Of a DNA stretch of 40,080 nt, positions 1 to 7,605 are shown piece by piece. Positions within the stretch are counted from its first letter, which is position 1, and each line of letters starts with the position of its first letter. The notes beneath the pieces are model-generated. The model searched no databases. It saw only the letters and a program-made list of their open reading frames with translations, and had not been told where the DNA came from. Position numbers and translations under genes: made by a program. This DNA is from a virus (Duplodnaviria > Caudoviricetes): positions 1 to 40,080 of the IMG/VR virus record IMGVR_UViG_3300019781_000026; one strand, given 5' to 3'.

Positions 1-127
1 GATAAAGCATACCGCCGGGCATAAGATAACCCGCTACCATGTCGCTGGGCATCGTTCACTTTATCAACTACTATGCGGGTAAGGCTGCTGATATATTCCC
101 CGGATTCGTGCAGCAATATCGTTTCTA
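1..127. repeat. Terminal direct repeat, copy 1 (circular assembly overlap)
   Basis: 1-127 is identical to 39954-40080. 127 nt matches a common assembler k-mer size, and the repeat lies inside a CDS that reads through the join. Confidence 0.95.
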
Positions 128-338
128 CGAAATCAGCACCTTCAATTACACAAGTGGGTTGAATAACCGATATGCCATGCGAATTTAGTGCAGGAAGCAC
201 CGCCTCCCGGACTGAATTAATATCGGCATAGTTTTTTTTAAAGAACGGGTTAACCGCATCTTTTTTAGCGTTGCTCATTTCTTTTTGCGCCTTCACGAGG
301 GCGGCAGAAACGAGGGCTATTGTTGGTGAACAGTTCAT
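1..338 (-). CDS. erf: ERF-family single-strand annealing protein, 5' part (continues across the join to 39716; 191 aa total)
   Basis: Manual translation from ATG at 338: MNCSPTIALVSAALVKAQKEMSNAKKDAVNPFFKKNYADINSVREAVLPALNSHGI...LLHESGEY, continuing into AQRHGSGLSYARRYAL...EDDD. These are ERF motifs. Confidence 0.9.
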   Translation of the reverse strand, partial: MNCSPTIALVSAALVKAQKEMSNAKKDAVNPFFKKNYADINSVREAVLPALNSHGISVIQPTCVIEGADFVETILLHESGEYISSLTRIVVDKVNDAQRHGSGLSYARRYAL

Positions 339-367
339 TGTTTTTAGATTTAGTTTGAATGATGGTG

Positions 368-399
368 CTAAGATACGGTTGTTATGTTTAAACCGCAAA
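368..399 (-). promoter_or_regulatory. Bacteroidota-type promoter for the erf/replication operon
   Basis: Minus strand TTTG-N20-TATCTTAG, close to the consensus TTTG-N19-21-TAnnTTTG. Confidence 0.65.
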
Positions 400-432
400 A
401 TAAATGTTTGCAACATCGTTACAAATTTACTT

Positions 433-464
433 TTTGCTAATTTGGTTTAAAAGTATAAACTTTG
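433..464 (+). promoter_or_regulatory. Bacteroidota-type promoter for the HTH gene (probably leaderless or near-leaderless mRNA)
   Basis: TTTG(433-436)-N20-AAACTTTG(457-464), with ATG at 470. Confidence 0.55.
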
Positions 465-469
465 TAGCT

Positions 470-661
470 ATGAAAAAAATGACTATAAAACAGTACGCCG
501 ATAAATGCGGAATAAGTGTGCAGGCTGCACATAAGCGGCTGGCATCTATTGAAAATTACCGGGAGATTGTAAGTTTTGAACGTATTAATAAAAATTTCTT
601 TCTCATAGAAGTCAATACCCGTAAGGGTTTTACTGGAAATGCAACATTGTTGCAAAAATAG
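470..661 (+). CDS. Small HTH DNA-binding protein (Cro/repressor-like); likely start 470 rather than 404
   Basis: MTIKQYADKCGISVQAAHKRL is a helix-turn-helix pattern. The gene sits at the divergence point of the two transcription arms. Confidence 0.7.
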   Translation: MKKMTIKQYADKCGISVQAAHKRLASIENYREIVSFERINKNFFLIEVNTRKGFTGNATLLQK

Positions 662-662
662 T

Positions 663-695
663 TTTGGTTTATACGTTTAAACTGCCTTATCTTTA
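663..695 (+). promoter_or_regulatory. Bacteroidota-type promoter for the early + strand operon
   Basis: TTTG(663-666)-N21-TATCTTTA(688-695), upstream of ATG 733. Confidence 0.6.
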
Positions 696-732
696 CAGGG
701 TCAATATGACGAAACAATAAAAACTTATCAAA

Positions 733-975
733 ATGACTTACAAATTAACAGTTACGGAAACAGGGAACAAAGCCGGTAAATTTTCTTACACAGTTGTTGA
801 TGAAAACGGAACTATTATTTCTACCCGTAAAAGTAACAGGGAGTATGTGGCCTGCACTATTAATGGCTCATATTATTTTGGCCGGTTGGATTTGATAGGT
901 AAAGGCGATCACGGTAAGCAAGTAAAATGGTGTATTGAGCATTCTCAGGAAGTTGTCCCTATTGCATATAAATAA
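733..975 (+). CDS. Hypothetical early protein
   Basis: 80-aa ORF with an A-rich leader, following a promoter. Confidence 0.75.
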   Translation: MTYKLTVTETGNKAGKFSYTVVDENGTIISTRKSNREYVACTINGSYYFGRLDLIGKGDHGKQVKWCIEHSQEVVPIAYK

Positions 976-1010
976 CCTTCCTGTTTCCTGATAAGTTCAG
1001 GACGGGCGAC

Positions 1011-1035
1011 TAACCGGACGTAAGCGGTTATTTTT
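1011..1035 (+). terminator. Rho-independent terminator-like hairpin
   Basis: TAACCG-N8-CGGTTA followed by TTTTT. Confidence 0.55.
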
Positions 1036-1070
1036 ATTAACCGGGGTAGCACCCAATAAAACGAAAAAAG

Positions 1071-1331
1071 ATGGTAGAGTATTTAGATAAGGTAGTGTTT
1101 AATTTCATTACCGTTACAGGGCATCAGGTAGATGTATCTTATATTTCTACTGGAGAATTAAATAAAGGTCGGGCAGAATACCGGGTGTATGTATCGTTTG
1201 CTGGTAAAATAGGCAGACCACAAGGTACATATTGGGGGTATATTAATAAAACCAATGCCGGTAAATATCTATCCGAATTTCTAAAAACGGATTATGCCAA
1301 ACAGTGTGCTATTAATATACCAGTAAATTAA
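1071..1331 (+). CDS. Hypothetical protein
   Basis: 86-aa ORF in the early operon. Confidence 0.65.
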   Translation: MVEYLDKVVFNFITVTGHQVDVSYISTGELNKGRAEYRVYVSFAGKIGRPQGTYWGYINKTNAGKYLSEFLKTDYAKQCAINIPVN

Positions 1332-1335
1332 TTAT

Positions 1336-1419
1336 ATGACCACTACCTATCCCGACACCCCCCTCCCCTATAACGTGTGGGTTATTTATATTCACTACTT
1401 AAACCAGTTGTACAAATGA
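1336..1419 (+). CDS. 27-aa microprotein MTTTYPDTPLPYNVWVIYIHYLNQLYK
   Basis: Fills the gap between ORFs; its TGA overlaps the next ATG (ATGA at 1416-1419). Confidence 0.5.
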   Translation: MTTTYPDTPLPYNVWVIYIHYLNQLYK

Positions 1420-1625
1420 AACTATCATTCCCCTCCCAGCAAGGTGATTACACCGGCCACCGGTATCATAAGAAGTCAGTAGATCTCGGTAAGGCATGGG
1501 CTAAGCATAAGCAGCTATTAGATGAAGAAGTAGAACGCCGCAAAGACTGGCAGCCGGGTTATCAACCTTTGAACGAAACCGCTATTAACAATTACCACGA
1601 AAACGAATTGTATGAAAGAGATTAA
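1416..1625 (+). CDS. Hypothetical protein (start revised from 1377 to 1416)
   Basis: ATG coupled to the upstream microprotein stop; overlaps the next gene. Confidence 0.6.
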   Translation: MKLSFPSQQGDYTGHRYHKKSVDLGKAWAKHKQLLDEEVERRKDWQPGYQPLNETAINNYHENELYERD

Positions 1626-1929
1626 CCTACCCCCGTTTTATGTGGGGCAAAGAGTGGTGGCTTTGCGAAGTCATAGCCAAAATAAGTTTAAAAAAGGGTC
1701 TGTGCATATTGTAAAAGGGTGTAAAAATAGTTGCTGTGGATGGCTTGTTAATATAGGAGTATCGTCTATGCGCTATAAATGGGAGTGTTCCGATTGTGGT
1801 AAAACTAATCCATCCGATGGCGTATGGTGGATGGCGGCTTACTGCTTCGCCCCTATCGAACCCACCTTCCAATCAATCACCATGCGGGAAACAATCGAAA
1901 TCGAATCACCTTTAATATCTGTAAACTAA
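1612..1929 (+). CDS. Hypothetical Cys-rich (zinc-ribbon) protein
   Basis: CKNSCCG and CSDCG motifs; coupled to its neighbours. Confidence 0.7.
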   Translation: MKEINLPPFYVGQRVVALRSHSQNKFKKGSVHIVKGCKNSCCGWLVNIGVSSMRYKWECSDCGKTNPSDGVWWMAAYCFAPIEPTFQSITMRETIEIESPLISVN

Positions 1930-2105
1930 TGACCGATCAACTTCTTGAAATCCGGCATCAGCTTCAAACCTTGCCAGGGGGTAGCATTTTCGCACAAGCT
2001 ATCCGCAACGGCGTGCAAGTGGATTTTAACCAGGCGGCAGATAATTATACCTTAGTAGCTGACATTGTCGGCGAAGATTTACTAACCTCAATAATGGAAT
2101 TATGA
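1929..2105 (+). CDS. Hypothetical protein (MTDQLL..., start revised to 1929)
   Basis: TAATG coupling with the upstream gene and ATGA coupling with the methyltransferase. Confidence 0.6.
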   Translation: MTDQLLEIRHQLQTLPGGSIFAQAIRNGVQVDFNQAADNYTLVADIVGEDLLTSIMEL

Positions 2106-2704
2106 AAGTGCTTAACCTGTATGCCGGTATTGGCGGCAACCGGAAACTTTGGGAAGGTCATGATGTAACCGCTGTCGAGATAAACCCAGAAATAGCAGAA
2201 GTATATGCCCACCAATTCCAAAACGATACTATTATAATTGGGGATGCTCACCAATACTTATTAGACCATTACGAAAAATTTGATTTTATAGCATCTTCTG
2301 CCCCATGCCAATCCCATACTCGAATGATGAAATTTACCAGGCATAAATTAAAAAGGTATCCTGATATGTCTTTGTACCAAGAAATTATTTTTTTACAGCA
2401 TTTTTTTAAAGGGGTTTGGTATGTAGAAAATGTAATCCCATATTATACACCACTAATTTCACCTACTGTAAAATGCGGGAGGCATTTAATATGGGCTAAT
2501 TTTAGTATAAATCCGCTTGAGATTAAGCAACCAAAAAACACCATAAACCTTGCCAGCGTTGCCGGTAAAAAAGTTATGATGGACTGGCTGGGAATCCATT
2601 ATGAAAAAAATATTTACTATGAAGGGAACCATTGCCCTGCGCAAATTCTTAGAAACTGTATGCACCCAAAATTAGGACTTCACATATTAAACTCCATACC
2701 ATGA
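2102..2704 (+). CDS. Short DNA (cytosine-5)-methyltransferase
   Basis: Motif I LYAGIGG, catalytic motif IV PCQ, motif VI ENV, C-terminal RNC motif X-like segment. Confidence 0.85.
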   Translation: MKVLNLYAGIGGNRKLWEGHDVTAVEINPEIAEVYAHQFQNDTIIIGDAHQYLLDHYEKFDFIASSAPCQSHTRMMKFTRHKLKRYPDMSLYQEIIFLQHFFKGVWYVENVIPYYTPLISPTVKCGRHLIWANFSINPLEIKQPKNTINLASVAGKKVMMDWLGIHYEKNIYYEGNHCPAQILRNCMHPKLGLHILNSIP

Positions 2705-2856
2705 ACCTCCCCTACTCCCTGATTGATACTGTAATCGTATTAAGCATATTGTTTATCGTTTTCTTTTGGGCGTTGCGATTACCCCGTAAGAAACCAGGTA
2801 AGGTAGTAAAGCACCCTTCAGCGGAGTTGGATGAACACGAGCAACGGATTAGTTAA
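2701..2856 (+). CDS. 51-aa single-TM membrane protein
   Basis: MNLPYSLIDTVIVLSILFIVFFWALRLPRKKPGK...; ATGA overlap with the methyltransferase stop. Confidence 0.6.
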   Translation: MNLPYSLIDTVIVLSILFIVFFWALRLPRKKPGKVVKHPSAELDEHEQRIS

Positions 2857-2874
2857 TTATTAAACCCCTAACCA

Positions 2875-3651
2875 ATGAACAAACAGTATATAGCAGACTA
2901 CCCGAACCGATTATTGAGGGAAGTTCCAACGATTAGTAAGCCGGAACCAGTACCGGGAATTGTAAACGCTGAATATGCCAATCGTTGGATTGAATGGCAA
3001 AGACACATGGCCTCTCTCACCACCTACCCGGCCTCATGGCTAACCCCTGAAATGGATGGAAAGGAGATGGAATTGGACAAGGATTTTGTAGTAGGATATG
3101 AGGTGGCTGCTAAGTCGGTTATAGAATGGGAAACAGTTACTAAAGATATATACGATATGCGACCTGATAAACACCGCCGCATCATCGCCCTGCCCCCCCC
3201 GGCAGAAGCAGCGAAGGAGGAAATAGATATTGAGCAACTGGCCGAAGATTGTTTTAATAATATGAAATCACTGAACCCAAAAGGAGGACTAAAGGAATTT
3301 ATTCGTATGGCTTTTTTAGCTGGCAGAAATTCTTTACCCGCACCATCCTCCCCGTCACCAACTAAGGGGGAAAGTGTAGTAACAATAGATTATTGTGATG
3401 AACTACTTAAAGAGCAGTCCGAAACCTTTTTAAGAATTATTGAGTTAAGGGATAAGGAGATTGAAAGGTTGAAAGACATATTAACCACCACCCCTGCAAG
3501 AGATGAAGCGGTGGGGCAAGAAAACAATCTCCATTATTTCAGAGAGGGCTACAAGTATCACCGGGGATTTAATGAAAAAGCAGTACCATATGACGAAGCT
3601 GCCGAAATAACAGTATTAAAATGGTTTTCAGCATTAACCAACAATAAGTAA
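2875..3651 (+). CDS. Hypothetical mosaic early protein
   Basis: 258 aa of short helical blocks separated by Pro-rich linkers. Confidence 0.75.
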   Translation: MNKQYIADYPNRLLREVPTISKPEPVPGIVNAEYANRWIEWQRHMASLTTYPASWLTPEMDGKEMELDKDFVVGYEVAAKSVIEWETVTKDIYDMRPDKHRRIIALPPPAEAAKEEIDIEQLAEDCFNNMKSLNPKGGLKEFIRMAFLAGRNSLPAPSSPSPTKGESVVTIDYCDELLKEQSETFLRIIELRDKEIERLKDILTTTPARDEAVGQENNLHYFREGYKYHRGFNEKAVPYDEAAEITVLKWFSALTNNK

Positions 3652-3655
3652 CTAT

Positions 3656-3934
3656 ATGCCTACATGGATAAAATGCCCGAAATGTGATGGGCAAGGAACG
3701 GTAAGCAAGCCTCCTTATGTAGCTGGTGACGTTCACCAATGGTCATCAACAAGTGCTGTGTTTCCTTGTAATGTTTGCAACGGGGAAATGGTATTGTTTG
3801 TACCTGACGAACAAGAGCAACCGCAGGAGGGAATGTGGGAAGATGTTTTTGATACTGCACAGGATTGCCATTTTACAACGTTCTTGAAAAATGTAACCCA
3901 CTTCACCATACACCGTAAAACAGATAAGCAATGA
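3656..3934 (+). CDS. DnaJ-type zinc-finger protein
   Basis: CPKCDGQG and CNVCNGE motifs. Confidence 0.7.
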   Translation: MPTWIKCPKCDGQGTVSKPPYVAGDVHQWSSTSAVFPCNVCNGEMVLFVPDEQEQPQEGMWEDVFDTAQDCHFTTFLKNVTHFTIHRKTDKQ

Positions 3935-4114
3935 CACCTAAGTTACTTATATTTTTAAATCAGTTTTTGCGACCACGATTGGGATACGAAAAGATATTTT
4001 AGACAAGAACCGGGACAATGCAAAAGATTTGTTGATATAAAAAAATGTATTAAATGCCGGAAAAGAAAAATAATATCCATGCTTGAAAGGGCTAAACTAA
4101 AATCTAAGCAATGA
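3931..4114 (+). pseudogene. Frameshifted small zinc-binding protein (MTPKLLIFLNQF / FCDHDW...CIKC...KQ)
   Basis: The frame of ATG 3931 stops at about 4002. The +1 frame after the T5 run (3964-3968) encodes FCDHDW...KCIKCRK and ends in TGA overlapping ATG 4111. Confidence 0.55.
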
Positions 4115-4380
4115 CACCGGAAATAAAAAGTAAGATAGACGAGAAATCTGATGAGTACGGTTTTCAAATCCCCTATAATGGAACAGATGAGTTTTATAAT
4201 AAAGATAAGGTTGTTGGTTTTCAATCCGGCGCAACCTTCGGCTATTCATTAGCAGAGGGGGAAATAGAACGGTTGAAAGGGTTGATAAAAAACCTATACA
4301 CAATGTACAATCGGGAGGTTATGTTCCCGGATACGTTAGAAAAACATTGGCAACAATTCAAAACCAACAACAATTTATAA
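4111..4380 (+). CDS. Hypothetical protein
   Basis: 89 aa; shares an EIERLK block with ORF 2875. Confidence 0.7.
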   Translation: MTPEIKSKIDEKSDEYGFQIPYNGTDEFYNKDKVVGFQSGATFGYSLAEGEIERLKGLIKNLYTMYNREVMFPDTLEKHWQQFKTNNNL

Positions 4381-4398
4381 CCCCTAAAATATAGAAGT

Positions 4399-4800
4399 AT
4401 GGAAAAGAAAACCCGAATTGCTCAAAGCGAGATTATTGAAAATATTCTTATGGAAATCCCGTTGCAAACGAAAATTGGAGTTGCTATGCAATTAGAATAC
4501 ATGGGTATTCTTTCTGACTTGGGATTAAGGGAATGTAAAAGTTGGGGTGATGATGAAAATGAATTACTTTCTAAGTTAATGGAGCTGGCAAAAAAGCAGA
4601 CAGAAAGAATAATGGAAATTTTAAACGAAACGCCTCGTGCCTCGGCAGAATTTAAATTGGAGGATTGGCTGAAAAATGAAAAAAGATACAAATGCCTGCT
4701 ATGTGGTAGAGATACGTTCACCCAAAAATCACCCCATAATTGCAAAAACGGATTTAGGAAAACCGGGCTGTTTTGGCAAGAAATAAAAGAGTCAGACTAA
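4399..4800 (+). CDS. Hypothetical protein with C-terminal zinc finger
   Basis: CLLCGR...PHNC motif. Confidence 0.7.
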   Translation: MEKKTRIAQSEIIENILMEIPLQTKIGVAMQLEYMGILSDLGLRECKSWGDDENELLSKLMELAKKQTERIMEILNETPRASAEFKLEDWLKNEKRYKCLLCGRDTFTQKSPHNCKNGFRKTGLFWQEIKESD

Positions 4801-4901
4801 AAACATAAATGCCCGTCCTGCGGAGATGAAGTGATTGGTATTTGCACTTGTTTTCAAGGTGGATATTTTTAAACAAACCCCTAACCTCTAAACAATAAAG
4901 T

Positions 4902-5342
4902 ATGGAACGAAAAGAAATTGAAGGCCGAATAGAAGAAAATGAGTCTATGTTAAAAATGGCTGAATTACACATGGACGAAAGAGCTTGCATGGTTTTGAGG
5001 CAACGTATTTTTAATTTAGAAAAGTTGCTTGACGAACCCCTCCCCCCACAGCCAGAGAAGGGAGAGGCGAAGGGAATGGAGGAAGTGTTGTCTAAAAACT
5101 ATTCATGTGTTTGCGGTGAAATGTATAAGATTAGAAAAATGGTTGACCCTTTATGTACCTATTGCGAACATGGCGATACAATGAAAGAAATGATGTCCGA
5201 GTGGGCTTCCCTCGTATCAGCCGATAAGGATAGCACCATTAAGGAGTTGAGGGAGGCTTTGGAGATAACGTACAAATCACTTGCTACATACGGTAGTCAC
5301 CCTATAATTGAAATTAGGGTTAATGCAGCACTAAATAAATAA
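4902..5342 (+). CDS. Hypothetical mosaic protein with CxC...CxxC block
   Basis: 146-aa ORF with Pro-rich linker and CVCG...CTYC. Confidence 0.7.
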   Translation: MERKEIEGRIEENESMLKMAELHMDERACMVLRQRIFNLEKLLDEPLPPQPEKGEAKGMEEVLSKNYSCVCGEMYKIRKMVDPLCTYCEHGDTMKEMMSEWASLVSADKDSTIKELREALEITYKSLATYGSHPIIEIRVNAALNK

Positions 5343-5402
5343 ACCTATACTTCGCCCTTACTAACGAAGAATTACAAATTAACCCCGAAAAAATAAAATG
5401 AT

Positions 5403-5828
5403 ATGGATACTATACAAGGGAATAAGTTGATAGGAATATTTGATGGGTGGTATCAAAAAGAATTGCCAAAGAACGGTGATATTAATTGGTTTCATCCTGT
5501 CTATTCAACTAAGATTACTAATTCTGTAACCATACCTTCAAGACCAGAAAATTTCAAATACCACACCTCTTGGGATTGGCTAATGCCGGTTGTTGAGAAG
5601 ATAGAATCGTTATGGATAAACGGAACTCAACCCCTTTGTAAAATTGAGGGGAATTATGTGCATATAGTTCATGAAGTGGGGTATCATAATATAGATTATG
5701 CCTATAATTCAAATGAAAAAATAGATAACCAATTAGGGGGCGGTGTTTACCCCAACACAAAAACTAAAATAGAAAATTTATATAAAGTAGTAATTCATTT
5801 CATCACATGGTACAACCAGCAATCCTAA
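5403..5828 (+). CDS. Conserved-looking phage hypothetical protein (possibly phage ABA-sandwich-like)
   Basis: NKLI..F.G and KYHTSWDWLMPVVEKIE motifs, recalled from Bacteroidota phage proteins. Confidence 0.65.
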   Translation: MDTIQGNKLIGIFDGWYQKELPKNGDINWFHPVYSTKITNSVTIPSRPENFKYHTSWDWLMPVVEKIESLWINGTQPLCKIEGNYVHIVHEVGYHNIDYAYNSNEKIDNQLGGGVYPNTKTKIENLYKVVIHFITWYNQQS

Positions 5829-5873
5829 CCCCCGCCTGGCTGATGATTGAGTTAACCTTTAAAATAAAAAGAA

Positions 5874-6263
5874 ATGAGCAGAGTAATTTTTGTAGGGATG
5901 CACAATAAGCCGGGGATGAAACCACTTGATAGTAAAACTATGTCAGGTAAAATGATTGATGCGGTTATAAAAGAATTGCCTTTTCAATGTACAAAATCGA
6001 ACCTCTGCGAAATAGAATATTTTCCTAAAGACAAAAAAGAAATATTGGTAGGCAACATTACTTGGAATCAGAAGTATGAACCTACTCCCGACACAATAAT
6101 TGTTCTGTTAGGCCAATGGGTGCAAAAGAATTTTCTATTAACAGAGGCGCAAATTGTAAAATTACCCCACCCCGCAAGCTGCATGGGCAGTGTGAATAAA
6201 GATGCTTACCTAAAGACGGCTATTGAAAGGATTATGAAGGTTTCTAACCCATCACCTGCTTAA
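5874..6263 (+). CDS. Minimal uracil-DNA glycosylase superfamily protein
   Basis: VIFVGMHNKPG (motif A-like), SGKMID, SNLC, IVLLG and LPHPAS (motif B). Confidence 0.65.
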   Translation: MSRVIFVGMHNKPGMKPLDSKTMSGKMIDAVIKELPFQCTKSNLCEIEYFPKDKKEILVGNITWNQKYEPTPDTIIVLLGQWVQKNFLLTEAQIVKLPHPASCMGSVNKDAYLKTAIERIMKVSNPSPA

Positions 6264-6274
6264 TCTTGTTGTAG

Positions 6275-6790
6275 TTACGCCCCAATCTCAAAGTGCATCC
6301 AATCGTAATTTTTCTCCCGGCCCAATCCTACAAAACCATGCTTATAAAAAATATCATTCATAGCTTTATATTCAGGCCGGGCAAATCTTGCAGTCTTTGA
6401 AGTTTCTTTAAGTGTATTACGGGCCGGGTCAAGGTCAATCGCTATTCCCCAAGCGTGGCGGCTCCATTTCGTTTTAGAACCTCTTTGCAGCCTTACGTTT
6501 ACACAACCGCCGAAAAGGTCAATACCTAACCTGTTTATTTCAGAGTAGCCGTAATGAGCCAGCAAATCAGTAAAGACGGCGGCTAAGTTTGCCGCTATTA
6601 GTTTATGGCATTGAATTTTGCTGACAGTCTTTGTGGTGTCCCAAGCTATCCGCATTGGGTATGGCAGTAATATAGATTGAAGGTTGTCCGGGTCTCCCGG
6701 TTGTCCGTACTTGGCAATAATCTGGCTGTCGTTTAACATAGATTTCTTTTTATGTTTAGCGTATAAATGGTAGTATAAAAATCCTAACAT
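6275..6790 (-). CDS. Endolysin, peptidase M15 family (alternative start 6739)
   Basis: [10 protein letters not shown] (SxHxxGxAxD) and DWMHFE zinc-peptidase motifs. Confidence 0.9.
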   Translation of the reverse strand: MLGFLYYHLYAKHKKKSMLNDSQIIAKYGQPGDPDNLQSILLPYPMRIAWDTTKTVSKIQCHKLIAANLAAVFTDLLAHYGYSEINRLGIDLFGGCVNVRLQRGSKTKWSRHAWGIAIDLDPARNTLKETSKTARFARPEYKAMNDIFYKHGFVGLGREKNYDWMHFEIGA

Positions 6791-6792
6791 GG

Positions 6793-6882
6793 TTACGGTT
6801 TTTTACGTTTCTTCTTAATAGCCGGGTAAACCAGCACCCCGTTCTTTCGGTAGCGGCGGCGTATGTTGTGGATTACTATCAT
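6793..6882 (-). CDS. 29-aa strongly cationic peptide [29 protein letters not shown]
   Basis: ATG overlaps the spanin TGA; its TAA lies 2 nt before the endolysin ATG at 6790. Confidence 0.5.
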   Translation of the reverse strand: MIVIHNIRRRYRKNGVLVYPAIKKKRKKP

Positions 6883-7409
6883 ACTGGCTTTTTTGTTTTG
6901 CGATATATAAAACCAATCAGCCCAAGTGCCAATATTCCCCAAGTTATGAATGATGATTTGCGCCACTTGTTGCGTTTGGATTTCATATCATCGTACTCAG
7001 CGGTACGTTTCTCAAGTTGTGTAATCGCAGATAACCTTTCGATACTGCACAGGTCTAAAGCTGCTGTATTTGTTACCCGCATAGTATCTGTTATGGTAAT
7101 TGTTTTTGTTACCACTTTGCCGGGTAGCTGTACCGTTTTTATAATGGTAACAGTATCTTCAAAAACTTTTACTTCTGTTATTGTGTCAATCGTATTACCC
7201 CACAAAGTATCGTACATGATAACGCTATCACCTTTTAATACTGAATCTTTGCATGGATAAATTCTACTGCAATAATCAGCCCCGATTGCCGGGAAGGTGG
7301 CCACCGCCTTACCATGCTGCACGGTGGCTTTACGCTGATTGTAGCAACCGCCTAATGTCATTACGAATAACAGTAGAACGGTTGCAATAACGAATAGGAG
7401 TAGCCTCAT
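6879..7409 (-). CDS. Unimolecular-spanin-like lipoprotein
   Basis: Lipoprotein signal (LGGC lipobox), beta-rich periplasmic part, coiled coil and C-terminal TM followed by basic residues; adjacent to the endolysin. Confidence 0.75.
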   Translation of the reverse strand: MRLLLFVIATVLLLFVMTLGGCYNQRKATVQHGKAVATFPAIGADYCSRIYPCKDSVLKGDSVIMYDTLWGNTIDTITEVKVFEDTVTIIKTVQLPGKVVTKTITITDTMRVTNTAALDLCSIERLSAITQLEKRTAEYDDMKSKRNKWRKSSFITWGILALGLIGFIYRKTKKPV

Positions 7410-7594
7410 TTGCCTCCCGTGTTAATCGTTGTTGTTGTCATCAATCGCAAAATGATATTGCCGATTGTAAGAACAAAGCCTGCAATCTTCGCTACTTGCC
7501 CCGAAGGGAAAGCACTTGAAAATTCGCCTGCTGCGGCTACTAACAGTCCAATTATGTTGAACCATAGCGTTTTGCTTTCATACCAATTTTTCAT
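7406..7594 (-). CDS. Holin-like 2-TM protein
   Basis: KNWYESKTLWFN N-terminus, two hydrophobic helices, LRLMTT tail; lysis cassette position. Confidence 0.7.
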   Translation of the reverse strand: MKNWYESKTLWFNIIGLLVAAAGEFSSAFPSGQVAKIAGFVLTIGNIILRLMTTTTINTGGK

Positions 7595-7605
7595 ATATCT
7601 AATTT

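Noticed and set aside
4798-4800. Genome-wide stop-codon reassignment
   Set aside because: Core genes are intact under code 11 and end in TAA, TGA and TAG with normal coupling.
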